Source: Paraphysomonas bandaiensis
Lineage: Eukaryota > Protista > Chrysophyceae
DNA length: 59,832 nt
Direction of reading: 5' to 3'
Assembly: GCA_965644295.1 (NCBI GenBank)
Contig: CBFFRP010000551.1
Coordinates: 1 to 59,832 of the forward strand
Made by a program: the position numbers and the translations under genes. Below the pieces are notes generated by a model. The model saw nothing but the letters and a program-made list of their open reading frames with translations. It made no database searches and was not told where the DNA came from. This document shows, piece by piece, positions 45,177 to 59,832 of the stretch (its first letter is position 1; the number at the start of each line of letters is the position of its first letter).

Positions 45177-46729
45177 CAGGGCTTGGTAGCCATTAATGGC
45201 CCATTAATGGTAGTCCAGTTCCCGGCAATTATAATGGCATTAATGAAAAATGTCCTGGCAATTATAATGGTCACTAATACCTACTAACTTAAAGTAGATA
45301 ATACCGCTCATTATGATATAGATATAGTATAGTGCTCCCTTAATTACATATTTTTAATTAAATAGCAGACTACGAATTGTAACTACTTCTCGCTCTCTAC
45401 TGGCACATCAGGATCTTCTTGCAGGGCTTCATGGAGGGTATAAGCACCCCACAACATGTAATTGGCTCGTAGGAATAGCACCGATTCTAGACGATATAGA
45501 TTCATGTTTCTACGTTCAGGTGTGATTATCAACTTTGCACACGACTAAAGAGCCTCTCAACAACATTAGATTGTGCTTCAATATAAAGAAAGCAGCGGTA
45601 GTTGGACTCATAGGTTAGGTACCAAGTCGAGCTCTCTTGGTGACCTCGGCGCTGTCCAGAACGCACTGTGCAAAATCAGTTCCTTCACTCTCGTCCTCGT
45701 AATTTCTGTCAGGTGCACCAAAATCAATGAATGAATCCAGTTGCAGATGTCTAACTGCTCTTCTCTCATTGCCTGTCAACTCTCTTTCATTGTTCCCTTA
45801 AACTTTAGCCACTGCCTGCTCAAAAATTGCACTGGCAACAATTCTTACATTCAGGGAAAGGCATGGATGCAGCTCTGGAAATTCTTGTAGCAGTATATCA
45901 AATAACTGGCGAGCTTGGTACAAATTGGTTCCATCTCTTTGTAAAGCGAGCGTAGCACTTCAAGTTGCGCTTTCGAAAGATGGCTGGAGTTAGAATCTGG
46001 AGTAACGAGATACCTTCTTTCTTATAAAACACAATAAATCGCCCCAGTGAAGTTTTTTATTTCCCGAAATTCTCTCGAGTTCCTCTCGCCAAGAAAAATC
46101 CGCATGTTTGGTGCCCTACTTGGCTATATGATTAGCACAATTCATGTAACCTCGCTGTATATCTTGTTTAAGGCGATCATTGCACAACGAACAAATATGA
46201 TACAGAGCACTGAGAGAATTCTCTGAATCCACTCGGAAGAAGGCTCAGACTGTGTGTTTTGCGGGCGTCTTTGGTTTTGTCGTTGCTTAATATAATATGC
46301 CATAAATTTAGAGTATACTTGCTTTGCTTAGTTAGCTAGATTCTTGATTCTTCAACTTTGGGAGGAAATTAGTTTTTTTTGAATATTTAGTGAAATATGC
46401 ATATTTTCAAAGCTTTTTTTCGAGTTTTTGTGTATATGGGTACGTTGCTACGCATATTGCTTAGGAAACTATTCTCTAACTTTGGAACATTGAGAAGAGA
46501 GTGAACAGAGTTAACACAAAGTCCCTGTAGAGTTGCATGAACATTGTTGTCTAATATTGTTTAGAGTTTCTTCGGAGTATAGAGGAGATACTATATTCTA
46601 TATTATCTTAATAACACTCAGTTCTATATATAGCAGTACAGGTCATTAATGGTAGTCCGGTTACCGGCAATTAATGACAAATGTCCCGGCAATTATAATG
46701 GCATCACCATTAACGGTTACCAGGCCCTG
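45177..46729 (-). mobile_element. Degenerate hAT DNA transposon
   Basis: TIRs CAGGGCTTGGTAGCCATTAATGG and revcomp CAGGGCCTGGTAACCGTTAATGG. Imperfect 8-bp TSD CTTCATGA/CACCATGA. Subterminal CCGGCAATT/CATTAATGG repeats. Broken minus-strand coding remnants (LQRDGTNLYQARQLFD, FEQAVAK*, QSNVVERLFSR). Confidence 0.82.
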
Positions 46730-46779
46730 CACCATGAGCCATTAGTTAGCCTTATTAATCATGATATTGGATAATGAGA

Positions 46780-46997
46780 AAATAAGATTTAAAGCTAGTC
46801 TTGGTATTCAGTAAAGATACACTTGCTATGATTAGAGATAACGGTTGAATGATAAGGCCTAATAGTATAATGGCGAGACAAGTTTGAGCAGAGCGTTAGC
46901 ACCACACACATGTGCGTATATTATACAGTCGCGTATCATGTATAGTTTGGTATATATTCAGTCTATTTGGTATTTCATTGTATATATGTGTTGTATA
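46780..46997 (-). mobile_element. Diverged partial LTR of the 29772-35402 Copia family
   Basis: AAATAAGATTTAA...GATAAGGCCTAATAGTATAAT...GAGCAGAGCGTTAGCACCAC...TATTTGGTATTTCATTGTATAT matches that LTR. Confidence 0.9.
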
Positions 46998-47176
46998 TAT
47001 GTGGAATTTAGGGGAGGTAACAGTACATATCTTATTCGGTTTCCCTTGAGACCTTTGCAACAAGGCGAAATCTAGTAATTTACTTTACTTTCATTACCAT
47101 CATTTGCCAACATAATAAGTCCCGATGCGTGATTCAACAATAGCATCTCTGATAAAATCGTCGTCTACGATTTACA

Positions 47177-47779
47177 CTAAGAACAACACGAACAACAAGA
47201 ATTGTATTTAAAAGTTTCTACATGGACTACGTAGTCAGGGTTGTTCCTGCCATACACAAATTTTAGCAAATTGCTCGCTTCATTCGAAGCTGCTGTCTTG
47301 CTACCTCGGTTTCCAACTCTCCACATCTTTCTTTTATGAGTCACAAGAACTACATCATACAAAGGCTGTTCATTTGGTTCTGAGCCCGCATTTATTCCAG
47401 AATATATTAAGCCGATATTGGCAATATCATAATAAGATATAGTCGTGTATGAGTAGCATGGAGGTATACACATGTATCCCATCCAATTAGATATACGAAC
47501 AGTGTGATTGTTATCATCAAATGTAACATTCGCACTAACAGTAAGACAACAACCAATAAACAAACATGGTGGGCACATTAGAATCCAGTCATCATCATCA
47601 GGACGTATCTTATACTGTAGTATTCCGCTTGCATCTGTTTCATGCGTGATGTCTCTGGTATTACCGTCACAACAACACGACACTGATTCACTGGTTTGAG
47701 GAGAAGGAAATAAGACGTTACCAGGTACAGGTTGAAGGGGTTCCAGTGTTGGTTTTGTTCTGTATTGTGATTCTGTCAT
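47177..47779 (-). CDS. Unknown 200-aa Cys-rich protein, copy B (protein identical to copy A)
   Basis: Identical translation in the ORF track. Confidence 0.7.
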   Translation of the reverse strand: MTESQYRTKPTLEPLQPVPGNVLFPSPQTSESVSCCCDGNTRDITHETDASGILQYKIRPDDDDWILMCPPCLFIGCCLTVSANVTFDDNNHTVRISNWMGYMCIPPCYSYTTISYYDIANIGLIYSGINAGSEPNEQPLYDVVLVTHKRKMWRVGNRGSKTAASNEASNLLKFVYGRNNPDYVVHVETFKYNSCCSCCS

Positions 47780-48178
47780 TGTTGAATGTGAAGATCCTCA
47801 AGAGGGAAGAGTGACGTGCTGGGCTGGGCCGGGCTGTGTATATATATATACATACAGCGTGGGACATATGGATATGCTGGTGTACAGCAGTATACAGTAT
47901 ACAGTATACAGTATACAGTATACAGTATACAGAGTATATGTCTAATGGCATATGTGGTGAGATGTGAGATATATACATACAGCAGTTCTGCTATAGTGTA
48001 CTGGTATATTGTGTATTGCAATGTACAATGTACGTGGTCGACATGTACAGAGAATACAGTACCGTATACAGTGGTACTTTGGTATATATATACATCAGTG
48101 TGGTGTATATGTGTGTATGGTATTTATACCATATGAGTATTCCAGTATCTGAGGTATACAGTAGTATACGATATATGA

Positions 48179-50462
<2,284 letters not shown>

Positions 50463-52653
50463 GGTTGAACAAGTGAAAGAAAAATGGGACATTAAAATTG
50501 GCGAGTTGTTTGAGAAGCAGTTTTGGGTGGCTTTCATACATTTTTGAAGTATACATTACTCCAGTGAAGTTAAAGCAGTTCTAATTAAATTATAATTACG
50601 AGTGGAAACTGTTCGTTTCCACACTCTTACTTATTTAGTACTTTTGTGTAGTCGATATGCTGACACCTATTCCGTTGGTGTCGACGGTACCCGAAACTGA
50701 CATTAGGATGATAGAAATTATTGAAAGTCTTATTATTAGCAATAGGTATTAAGATTCAGCATTAGGTTAGTAGCTAGATGAAAACTAGTCAAGCTACACA
50801 GACGTCAACCTGTTACTGACTAGTACAAACTCTATTATCGCACTATCACTCAAAGCAAACGCAGTGAGCGAGCAGAATGTTGATATACGATATACCTGTC
50901 ATCTGCTGACTTCAGGATTCTTGAGTCCTTAAGGTGAATATCTCTGATGCTTGACTTCAGTCGGCAGTCCAATACCCGGTTACCCTGCAGCCTTCAGGTG
51001 AGCCCTGTCCCCTGTCCCTGATGCCCTTGAGGTGGGTTCATTTCCGGATGCCTGTTTATTTGTCAGGGACCAAAGACGTCTACACAAGCATTCGGCTATG
51101 AGTGGGCAGAGCAAAACCTGCTGACTACGTTTGCGCCTCACGTTAGTTTCCCGGAGAAATCTCTCCGGTTCTTATCCCCCTGAACACCACGAAAAGTTGC
51201 TAGTCCGATTTTGTTGAGGGTGATAGAAATTAAACAACTGAACTTTATACTTATTCAATAATCAATTAAAGTTGAAATCAACATCTCTTTACTTTAATTG
51301 TATTCACCAAACTTATATCATCACTACTACCGACTATTAGAATTGGATTTTCACAGAAGTTATCTTTACTTTGTTGCACACAATGCACTTTCAAGTAAGA
51401 ACATTATAATTAACTTCACTATTCGGCTTGAACAAGTGCAGCTATAGGCCTAATACTTTATATTTTGTTTCATCTTTATCAGATATGTATGAAATATCTT
51501 CATCGTCACTATCATATTTATTACTTCTTGGAACAAGAGGTTTTAAAGTTTATTTCAAGTTTTCTAAGATGATTGCGTTTGATTATCTACTGTAGTTTCT
51601 ATATGATATAAGTCGTTTAAGATTGTGATAATAAAGTGTTTTTGATGGTAATCTCTAGACTTCCAATCGTATTTATTTTTCTTATAATTTTATCACAATA
51701 TTTACACTTCTCTTTAATCTCACTCTAGACACTAGTAGACTTATTATATAATATGTACATTTTTTAAATTCTATGCAACATTGTGAGCACTCCTCCATAT
51801 ACAGGCAGCTCGCGATATAACGCGATTAGGGTCAGCGAAAGGAAATTAAAAACCCATGATGTTTACTATAAAAACGGTGTGTATGATTATAGACATCAAG
51901 TGCACACATCTGAATTATATATGTATGTCTTATGCTCACATACCTGTAATGTATATATGAGCACACTGCAGAGTTGAGCATCTTCTTTCGCATGACGTCT
52001 CACACGCCTGCTGCCGATAGACTCTGATGTTTTGTAACTAACTGTTGCTGTTGCAGAAGTATGAATACATGAATACAGTGCTCAGAGGATGGCTGGTTGA
52101 GAGCAGTTGACTCGCCCTGCATATTGGGTTCACAGGGTGGACTCCGTGGAGATTGGACACTCTTTAAAGCGTCAGTGCAGCCGTATAATATGTGACTACT
52201 GTGGTGCTGTATGAGCCAATTCTGTAACCCTGGGAGTATACATAGCAGCGGCTTTAGTAGCGAGGAGAGACATACAGCATACATCTGAAGGTTGATCATC
52301 TTGGTGTAGCATGCGCCATCACAGTATGCAGGGCCTTGTCTGCTTCCTGAACACTGACATCTGTGGTTTTATTCACATCAAAATGTTTCTTCATTATGTT
52401 TGTAAGAGACTTAAGTCTGTCAGTGAGTTTTATTGTCTATTCTATTCTTATTATGACACCACCTGCTAGCATATGACTAGAGACAGTCTATAGCAATATA
52501 ATCCAAGATACGCACAAGGAGGGACTGAAATACCACTGCAAATACACAAACTCCGGGGTTTCTAGTGTAGAATATGTACATGTATGTACAGTGTCGGTCA
52601 AAAAGAAAAGAACAACGGTTTTTTGAGTTTTTTCAACACATCATGTCAAAAAT

Positions 52654-52662
52654 GTATGTATG

Positions 52663-52694
<32 letters not shown>

Positions 52695-53410
52695 TGTATG
52701 TATGTATGTATGTATGTATGTATGTATGTATGTATGTATGTATGTATGTATGTATGTATGTATGTAGGTAGGTATGTAGGTATGTAGGTATGTAGGTATG
52801 TAGGTATGTAGGTATGTATGTAGGTATGTATGTTTGTATGTATGTATGTATGTATGTATGTATGTATGTATGTATGTATGTATGTATGTATGTATGTATG
52901 TATGTATGTATGTATGTATGTATGTATGTATGTATGTATGTATGTATGTATGTATGTATGTATGTATGTATGTATGTATGTATGTATGTATGTATGTATG
53001 TATGTATGTATGTATGTATGTATGTATGTATGTATGTATGTATGTATGTATGTATGTATGTATGTATTTATGTATGTATGTATGTATGATGTATGTATGT
53101 ATGTATGTATGTATGTATGTATGTATGTATGTATGTATTTATGTATTTATGTATGTATGTATGTATGTATGTATGTATGTATGTATGTATGTATGTATGT
53201 ATGTATGTATGTATGTATGTATGTATGTATGTATGTATGTATGTATGTATGTATGTATGTATGTATGTATGTATGTATGTATGTATGTATGTATGTATGT
53301 ATGTATGTATGTATGTATGTATGTATGTATGTATGTATGTATGTATGTATGTATGTATGTATGTATGTATGTATGTATGTATGTATGTATGTATGTATGT
53401 ATGTATGTAT
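52654..53410. repeat. (TATG)n microsatellite of ~750 bp with a short (TAGGTATG)n patch; resumes at 57214-57239
   Basis: Read directly from the sequence. Confidence 0.99.
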
Positions 53411-56400
53411 GAGCCCGGTGCCGATCAAGACACGGTTGGGGGGTTTTTTGGTGGTTCAGTGCCAGAATGGACACATTGGAGGGGTTTTTGCTTTTTTGGG
53501 GGGTTTTCTGACATTTTCCTTTCCAACATACAGCACACTCACTGCCAACATATAGAAGCAGGAAGGTACATTGTGTTCACAACTCCCCTGTGAATGGCTT
53601 TCCAGTTGGACGAGGGACCCAGCTCGATGCTCTATCGACACAGCTAGGGCTATAAAAGGCCAACGTGGAGCAGTTGCTTCTAGATCTCGAAGAACATGCA
53701 TTCATAGTCCTGCTAGCCACTCTTATACTCCGATGAGATCGAATATAGGAGTCTTTCAGATGAACAGGTGTAGGAATCAGAAATATATGAGTAAATATTG
53801 GCATATCTATAATCTTCTTTGATTGACATCCCCTGCCTTTGTTGCCACATGAATCTTATGGCGCCATGCAAGAGCACAAGTAACTCGTAGAAGGTAGATT
53901 AGTGGCTGCTTGAATAGTTCCATACTGTTGGTATTATGTATACTTTTATAACAGTGAATTTGTGTGCTTCTGTTAATGATGTTGTAATTCGTGTATTGAT
54001 ATTCTTTTGACTTTTGACTACACACTAAAAGATATAGCTGTTTTATTCCTTTTAAAGTAATGTTATTGTGCCCCCAGGACGCCTACCCCCCGTTCTGTGT
54101 GTATAGTCTTGGTTTCAGTTTAGTATTATCAGGGTGTATGACATGTAAATTTTCAATGACTGTATAGAGTATAGATAAGGACAACTTTCAAACTCTTTTA
54201 CATCAGCCCTAGTATCTAGCTATCACAGAATTACAAAAGTTATTTCAACTAACTAGAATATTACAAGAAGTGGTTAATGTGATCATATATTATTAGTAGT
54301 ATGACAAAGGTTCTAGCTAGTCAAGTACAGTTTAAAACACTAAACACTACCGTGCATGAATTTTATCACTGAGCAACAACTCAACAACAGTAAAGACACA
54401 TTTCGTTAAAATTAAAGATATGTAATTGCCCAACTAAACGATAATATACATGCGGCCACAAAAAATATGGAATACACAACCGATTTCTAACTAAAGTGTG
54501 TTGCAGTTTCTTCAGCAGGCGATTCTGATAGCTCAGCGATATCATCAGGGTAACTCAACTCGTCAATATAGCCGGAAAGAATAACCTCAGGCGGACTCAT
54601 ACCATTTCGAATACAATACCTGCTACATGCACTGGTGGGATGCAGCGTCTTGCGCGAGAGCCACTGGTGACAGTCGGGACACTGTTTCTTTTGCTTTTTG
54701 AATGACGCCTGACTAGTAGAACTGTTGTGCGTTATAAATGTATAAGAATAAATATATCTGACAGCACCTGCTAGAACTTTCTCCGGTACTAGTCAATCGT
54801 TTCGAACTCCTGTAAGACTTGGAATCATTAGCAAGAGGAGCTTTGATAGTCCTAAACGATTTGGATCGCAATCGATTATCAACTTCTGAAGTAGAGGGAA
54901 TCGTGCCTAACAATTCAGGCACGTCTGCAAACATATTTTTTACTCTCATAGTAAAGCAGTCTTTATTGAAGTATTTCTCCGAAAATAGGTCTTGTGGCAT
55001 TCCATTCGGATACAACTCTTTAAGCAGGAACCACGCATCCTTACACGGTAGTCCTGTTTGTTGATACTTTCCACAGTCGCATTTCTGCTTAGACAAGTCC
55101 ACATTTCTCAACTCGCTTCTATGCACTGCATCCGTGATGGTATGCACAATACCTCGCTCGCTCACAGTATCGAGAATGTGAACCTCCATTGGACAATGTC
55201 TGACTTTTTTCTGTATATCCTATCAAGTATAAAATATTAGAACGTAAGCAATTATACACATTACCTAACATATTAAGCTTACTATTGCACAATTTACACG
55301 TGCGATATTACATGAAAGTGTTGTTCAGCTTGGGGATGGAGTACAGTCTGCAACCGAGCAATGTCATCCTTCCGCCTGTTATTACTCTCTAATATATCAA
55401 CTAAAAACTTCTTTACAAACATGTAAGGATTCAGAAATCTTGTTTCACGGCACCATGCGAAGATTGCTTCAACAATATTATCACTCTTCCAATCGTACAA
55501 CATATGACCTGTGTCCACAGCTTGGTATAACTACCAGTTGTTGAGTTTGCTTAGGTACTCATACATCGGTTTGCATGAAGATTCTATGACACTATAGTAG
55601 AAGTATATATATGTTACTCTTGTATTGCAATCATTTACCTCATACCTCATACATCTCATATGTTCAACGATAGTTGGAGCATTGCGTGCTTTCCAGTAGA
55701 GTGGCAACCAATGTGACCATCCCTTGCTCTTCAAGTTTCTTTCCAAATGAATTCCACAATGAAATTCAAAGGCTAACGGGAGACTTCTCTGTAGAAATGA
55801 TATCTCAGCAGTACCTCGGTCACTCAAAATAGTATTCCGTGGATCATTGAGAACGACCCCAGCTTCTATCATAGCTGCATTCAAAAAGTCTATGTCGTCT
55901 CTACATTCAGCAAATGTTATTGCAAACCCACATACTATCATGTGATTATCAAGGGTTCGTCCACTCACAACCGTTAAAAACATTGGTCGTATAATGATAT
56001 CGCCCTGTAGGGAAATCTTCTTCATATGAGAAACATCCAGACCAAATATGCGCCTCAGGTACTCGTGTTCAATGCAATTCTTAACGTATGGAAAAACAAA
56101 TGCTAAACTATTAAACTCCTCCGTAATATCGTTACGGCGAAGTTCGTAATGAGCACCGGGATTTTGTTCTTTGTACAGCTCTAGAAATGGCTCTAGCAAT
56201 GAAAAACTGCCCAATTGGTCTTCTACTTGAATTCGACTGAGTGCTGCAGCTTTCTTAACCACATCGGGCGTGGCATTTATGCCATCAACCAACAGAAGTT
56301 GCTAGTTAAAAGAGCACTTATATTTTATACATTGCGATATATCTTTGTGTCGACTCATATATTTGTGTATTCAGTGGTGAGAACAGAAACGCGTAGGTAT

Positions 56401-57213
56401 ACTAATAAATGGCGCATTCTCTCACCCTCCCATATCATAAGATTTTCATACAAAATTACAGTAGTAAATGCCTTGCATCACAAGAACATTATAGCTCGTA
56501 TATGATGGCAATGATGTGTGTGTGTTCTCACCTGAATGCGGGTAGTGCTAATATTACGAGGACCGACTCCAACATCCTTCATGATCACTGCAAACTTTTC
56601 ATTGTTCAACACCTCGTTCTTGAAGAACTGAATAATGAAAAGTTCATTCATATATATATATATAAACCTGTGATGCTTTTCCGAAGACGACACAAGGAAT
56701 TCTCATACCATCCTCGTTCAACACATAATGCTCCTTAATACTTGCAGCACTATCCATATAGTATGTTTTATCACGCTTACGCCGAGCACATAATCTTAGA
56801 GCACATGCTGGATTCATACATATCATAGTAACTCTATTGCTTCCTTGAGCTACATGTGGATCGCGTCGCAGTTGTTTTCCTGTACGTGTGCCTCCACAAC
56901 TGGCTATCTGTTGCATGTGGTTCATGATAGATTGAAAGTCTGGAAACGCTTGACCTTCCTCTGTGAGTTCCATCACGTGCATAAGTAAAATAATATCTCA
57001 TCATAGTCAATACAGGATCACAATTCATCACTGAATAAGTGGATATATTTGACTTATTTCGAATGCAATTGATGTATGGATTTGTTAGCTACACTTGGGC
57101 TTGTTGGAATGATCAGAAAACCCCCCAAAAAAGCAAAAAACCCTCCACTGTGTCCATTCTGGCACTGAACCACCAAAAACCCCCCCAACCGTGTCTTGAT
57201 CGGCACCGGGCTC
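53411..57213 (-). mobile_element. Mutator/MULE DNA transposon with ~100-bp TIRs, inserted in (TATG)n
   Basis: GAGCCCGGTGCCGATCAAGACACGGTTGGGGGG...TTTTCTGA is inverted at about 57113-57213. Both flanks read ATGTATGTAT, compatible with a 9-10 bp TSD. Confidence 0.95.
54487..56982 (-). pseudogene. Multi-exon MULE transposase with an in-frame TAG at 55531-55533
   Basis: GLDVSH (D), ILSDRG (D), HCGIHLERN (CxxH), SDNIVE (E), SWIM-like CDCGKYQQTGLPCKD and a C-terminal CPDC..H..C knuckle. NNW*LYQAVDTG reads in a single frame. Confidence 0.85.
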
Positions 57214-57332
57214 ATGTATGTATGTATGTATGTATGTATCTATAGCTAGCTATATCTGTGTTGTGTACCATGGTATGGGTATTATATGTGTATATGTATC
57301 GCAGGTTTCATCATACTCTCCCTCGTCCTCAA

Positions 57333-58472
57333 ATGTCGATCCCTGAATCCGTCCACCATATCATTCATTCTCTTGAACACCGTATCCAACAGGATGAAGG
57401 TCATCGCGGTATCTCTGATCTCATAGCCCCCAATGAGCTGATGGGGTCCTCATTAGCTCTTATTAACTGCAAGAAGATCGCTATTATCACAGGATTTCCC
57501 TGTCTAATCACACACACCCCTCCAACTGAGACAGATGGTCCTATGGGTGCTATAGCTATTGCGAAAACATTGCTTAAATTAGGTAAAGATGTGGTGATCG
57601 TAACAGATGAGTGTAATGAGGACCCTCTATTGGCCTGTGCTGCTGCTGCTCCTCTATATGGACCTCATCTATCTCTTGAGAGTTATCCTCCTCGAACTGT
57701 ATTTGATGAGAAGGATATGAAGCGGTTGTTACAGTTGTATAGGTATGATCTCTCATGGTCTGTGTGGTGTGGTAGTGTCGTATGTATTAGTATATGTCTT
57801 CACTGAGACAGGTTCCTTTCGTTGTATTCATGAACTGTGATGATTTCTTTGTATTGAGTTTTTTTTCATAATATTTTGGGCAGTTCGATTGATTGTGTGA
57901 TTGCTATTGAGAGGGCTGGTCCTGCTTCGGATGGCGTCTGTCGCACAATGAAAGGGCTCGATATGAACCATCTTGTAGCCCCACTTGAGCTGCTTCTATT
58001 ACCACCGTCTCATGACTCAGGTGGTACTGAACCGTTTTCTAAAATCACTTCAATTGGTATTGGAGATGGGGGAAATGAAGTGGGTATGGGCAAAATATTT
58101 GACAAGGTGTGCAACAGCAGGATTCCTAATGCGCAGTCTATAGCATGTTTAGTGCCCTCCGACCATATAATCGTAGCCTCTGTGTCAAACTGGGGGGGAT
58201 ACGCTCTTGCCGCTGCTGTTGCGGTCTTGCATCATGCACAAAATTTATCTGACGCCGCCAGTGACCCAAGTGTATTGAGAGTTGCTCTTGAAGACAGTCT
58301 GCCATCAGAGGAGGAACAACGGGCTGCTTGTCAAGGACTTGTGAATGCAGGTGCGCGGGACGGAATAACCAAAGAACAGGCGTTATATGTAGATGGCATG
58401 CCTCTCGAGGCCAGCCTAGAGGTACTGAGAGATATAAGAAGGATTGCGTTAGGTGTACTCGATTTGAAGTAA
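57333..58472 (+). CDS. DGLUCY: D-glutamate cyclase / DUF4392 family protein (intron 57743-57883; may have a further upstream exon)
   Basis: IITGFP..PPTETDGPMGA, IAIERAG, IGIGDGGNEVGMG, SVSNWGGYAL and GARDG. The intron joins the two ORFs in frame. Confidence 0.88.
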
Positions 58473-59145
58473 TTATAGCCCTAATCGAATAGTTTCTGAT
58501 ATCTATCCACTGTAGTAACAATAGGGTAAGATTCAGTTCACTTAAAGACGTGGAGGATATTGTTAGAAATATGACTCCGTATTATATGTCAAGTTATGAC
58601 ACAATTGGATGATTTACTAAGTTAACTGGACATGTATTCACTCATTAATCTTGTTATAATTAAATATCAATATCTCTTCTCATTCATCGATTTCATGCTA
58701 TCTACCACCAATAATTTCTCGTACGATATTACATCGTCACTATCTTGCATGAACAATATATTATATTCAGTTTGTGAAATATAACATAATTGACACGACT
58801 GCTAATCACTTGCACCCCAATCGATAGCACTGCACCCCCATCTATGCACAAACCAGACTTGCGGGTTTGCTCCCAAAATATTTATAATATGATGTGAATG
58901 AACGCTTATTATTGTTGCCAAAGCACCTAACACGGTCAATGATATCCGCTAGATAACGCCACGCAGTATTCCCTCTAAGAACAAAGATTGCTGCTAAGAC
59001 AGTGTCAAGTAAGTTAAAACAATGACATGCAAGAAATAACATATAGAATGGTACGCATCCATAAAATGAACCAAGTCCATTTTATATCACACACCACACC
59101 GCATGCATTCTTGCATACACACCGTGTATACTCACACGTATTATG

Positions 59146-59560
59146 TCATAATAAACAAAACTGAGGGTGCGTCTTATTTAGAATACTGAATTCTCCTTTG
59201 CAACTCATGAGCTCACCGTTCTCACTGTGTAAGTCGAACTCCGCATCCTTCAGCTTACCCATCATCACGCCATAAGTGAATTCGTCCTTGACTGTAATTG
59301 TCTTGTCGCATTCGCGTCCATCATAGAGGAAAGATATCAACATTACTCTACGATTATGATCCACCATCGCTTGGTATCCCACCGCTGAATTTCTCTCTCC
59401 TCCTGCGTCTGTTTCTATTCTGCCATTGAAGCCTTCCGTTACGCATCGATTAAAGATACAACATTTTCCACTACCAGATCATTAATATCTGGATTACGCT
59501 TGCCTGAATATGACACTATCATGTATGCCTTCATGGTGTGGTCAATGTGATGACTGTCGT
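59146..59560 (-). pseudogene. PIF/Harbinger-like transposase fragment
   Basis: VGYQAMVDHNRRVMLIS..YDGRECDKTI resembles the Harbinger catalytic-core segment. The upstream part is broken. Confidence 0.5.
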
Positions 59561-59798
59561 CTATACACATACATGCATATGCATATCATGGACTTGTACA
59601 TTCCAACTCAAAAAAAAGAGATTTCAGTTTATTATTTTCAGTGATCACAACAAACTGGCACTATTCAGGCAATGTCTACCACTGAATTTCTTCCTTGACG
59701 ACCAAAATCACTAAAATTGAGGTTTTAATTTTCATACTTCTACCGTTTTTTGAGTTTTTTCCCAAATTTTGAAAATTTTGATTATGGCGTAAAAAACA

Positions 59799-59825
59799 AA
59801 CCGTGTCTTGATCGGCACCGGGTTC
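59799..59825. mobile_element. Orphan terminus related to the MULE TIR
   Basis: AACCGTGTCTTGATCGGCACCGGGTTC differs by one base from the right end of the 53411-57213 element. Confidence 0.8.
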
Positions 59826-59832
59826 AATAGAA

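Overview
Eukaryotic, transposon-dense region. The partial 18S rRNA sequence points to a stramenopile, most likely a chrysophyte-like ochrophyte. From left to right: truncated Copia, piggyBac, Gypsy-like and LINE remnants; a 225-bp tandem array whose unit looks like a perfect exon plus intron; an orphan 18S rDNA cut off after about 1.29 kb; and three paralogous intronless F-box + 29-aa ankyrin-like repeat genes (about 7.5, 32.5 and 22.5 repeats). In those genes variation is concentrated at three fixed sub-sites and appears shuffled between units, making them the best candidate here for an undescribed diversifying receptor or degradation system. They are interleaved with a two-gene DD34E Tc1/IS630 element and a Sailor-like DD109E transposase. 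Next come an intact Copia element with identical, non-canonical TA...TT LTRs; a multi-exon LRR-ROC-COR (Roco-like) gene with an apparently dead GTPase; an inverted duplication of a 200-aa Cys-rich gene around TE debris; PRMT1; a Mutator element inserted in a (TATG)n tract; and a D-glutamate cyclase. Long (TATG)n tracts lie just upstream of five genes on their sense strand, and two of them carry DNA-transposon insertions. All calls were made by eye from motifs; no database searches were run.
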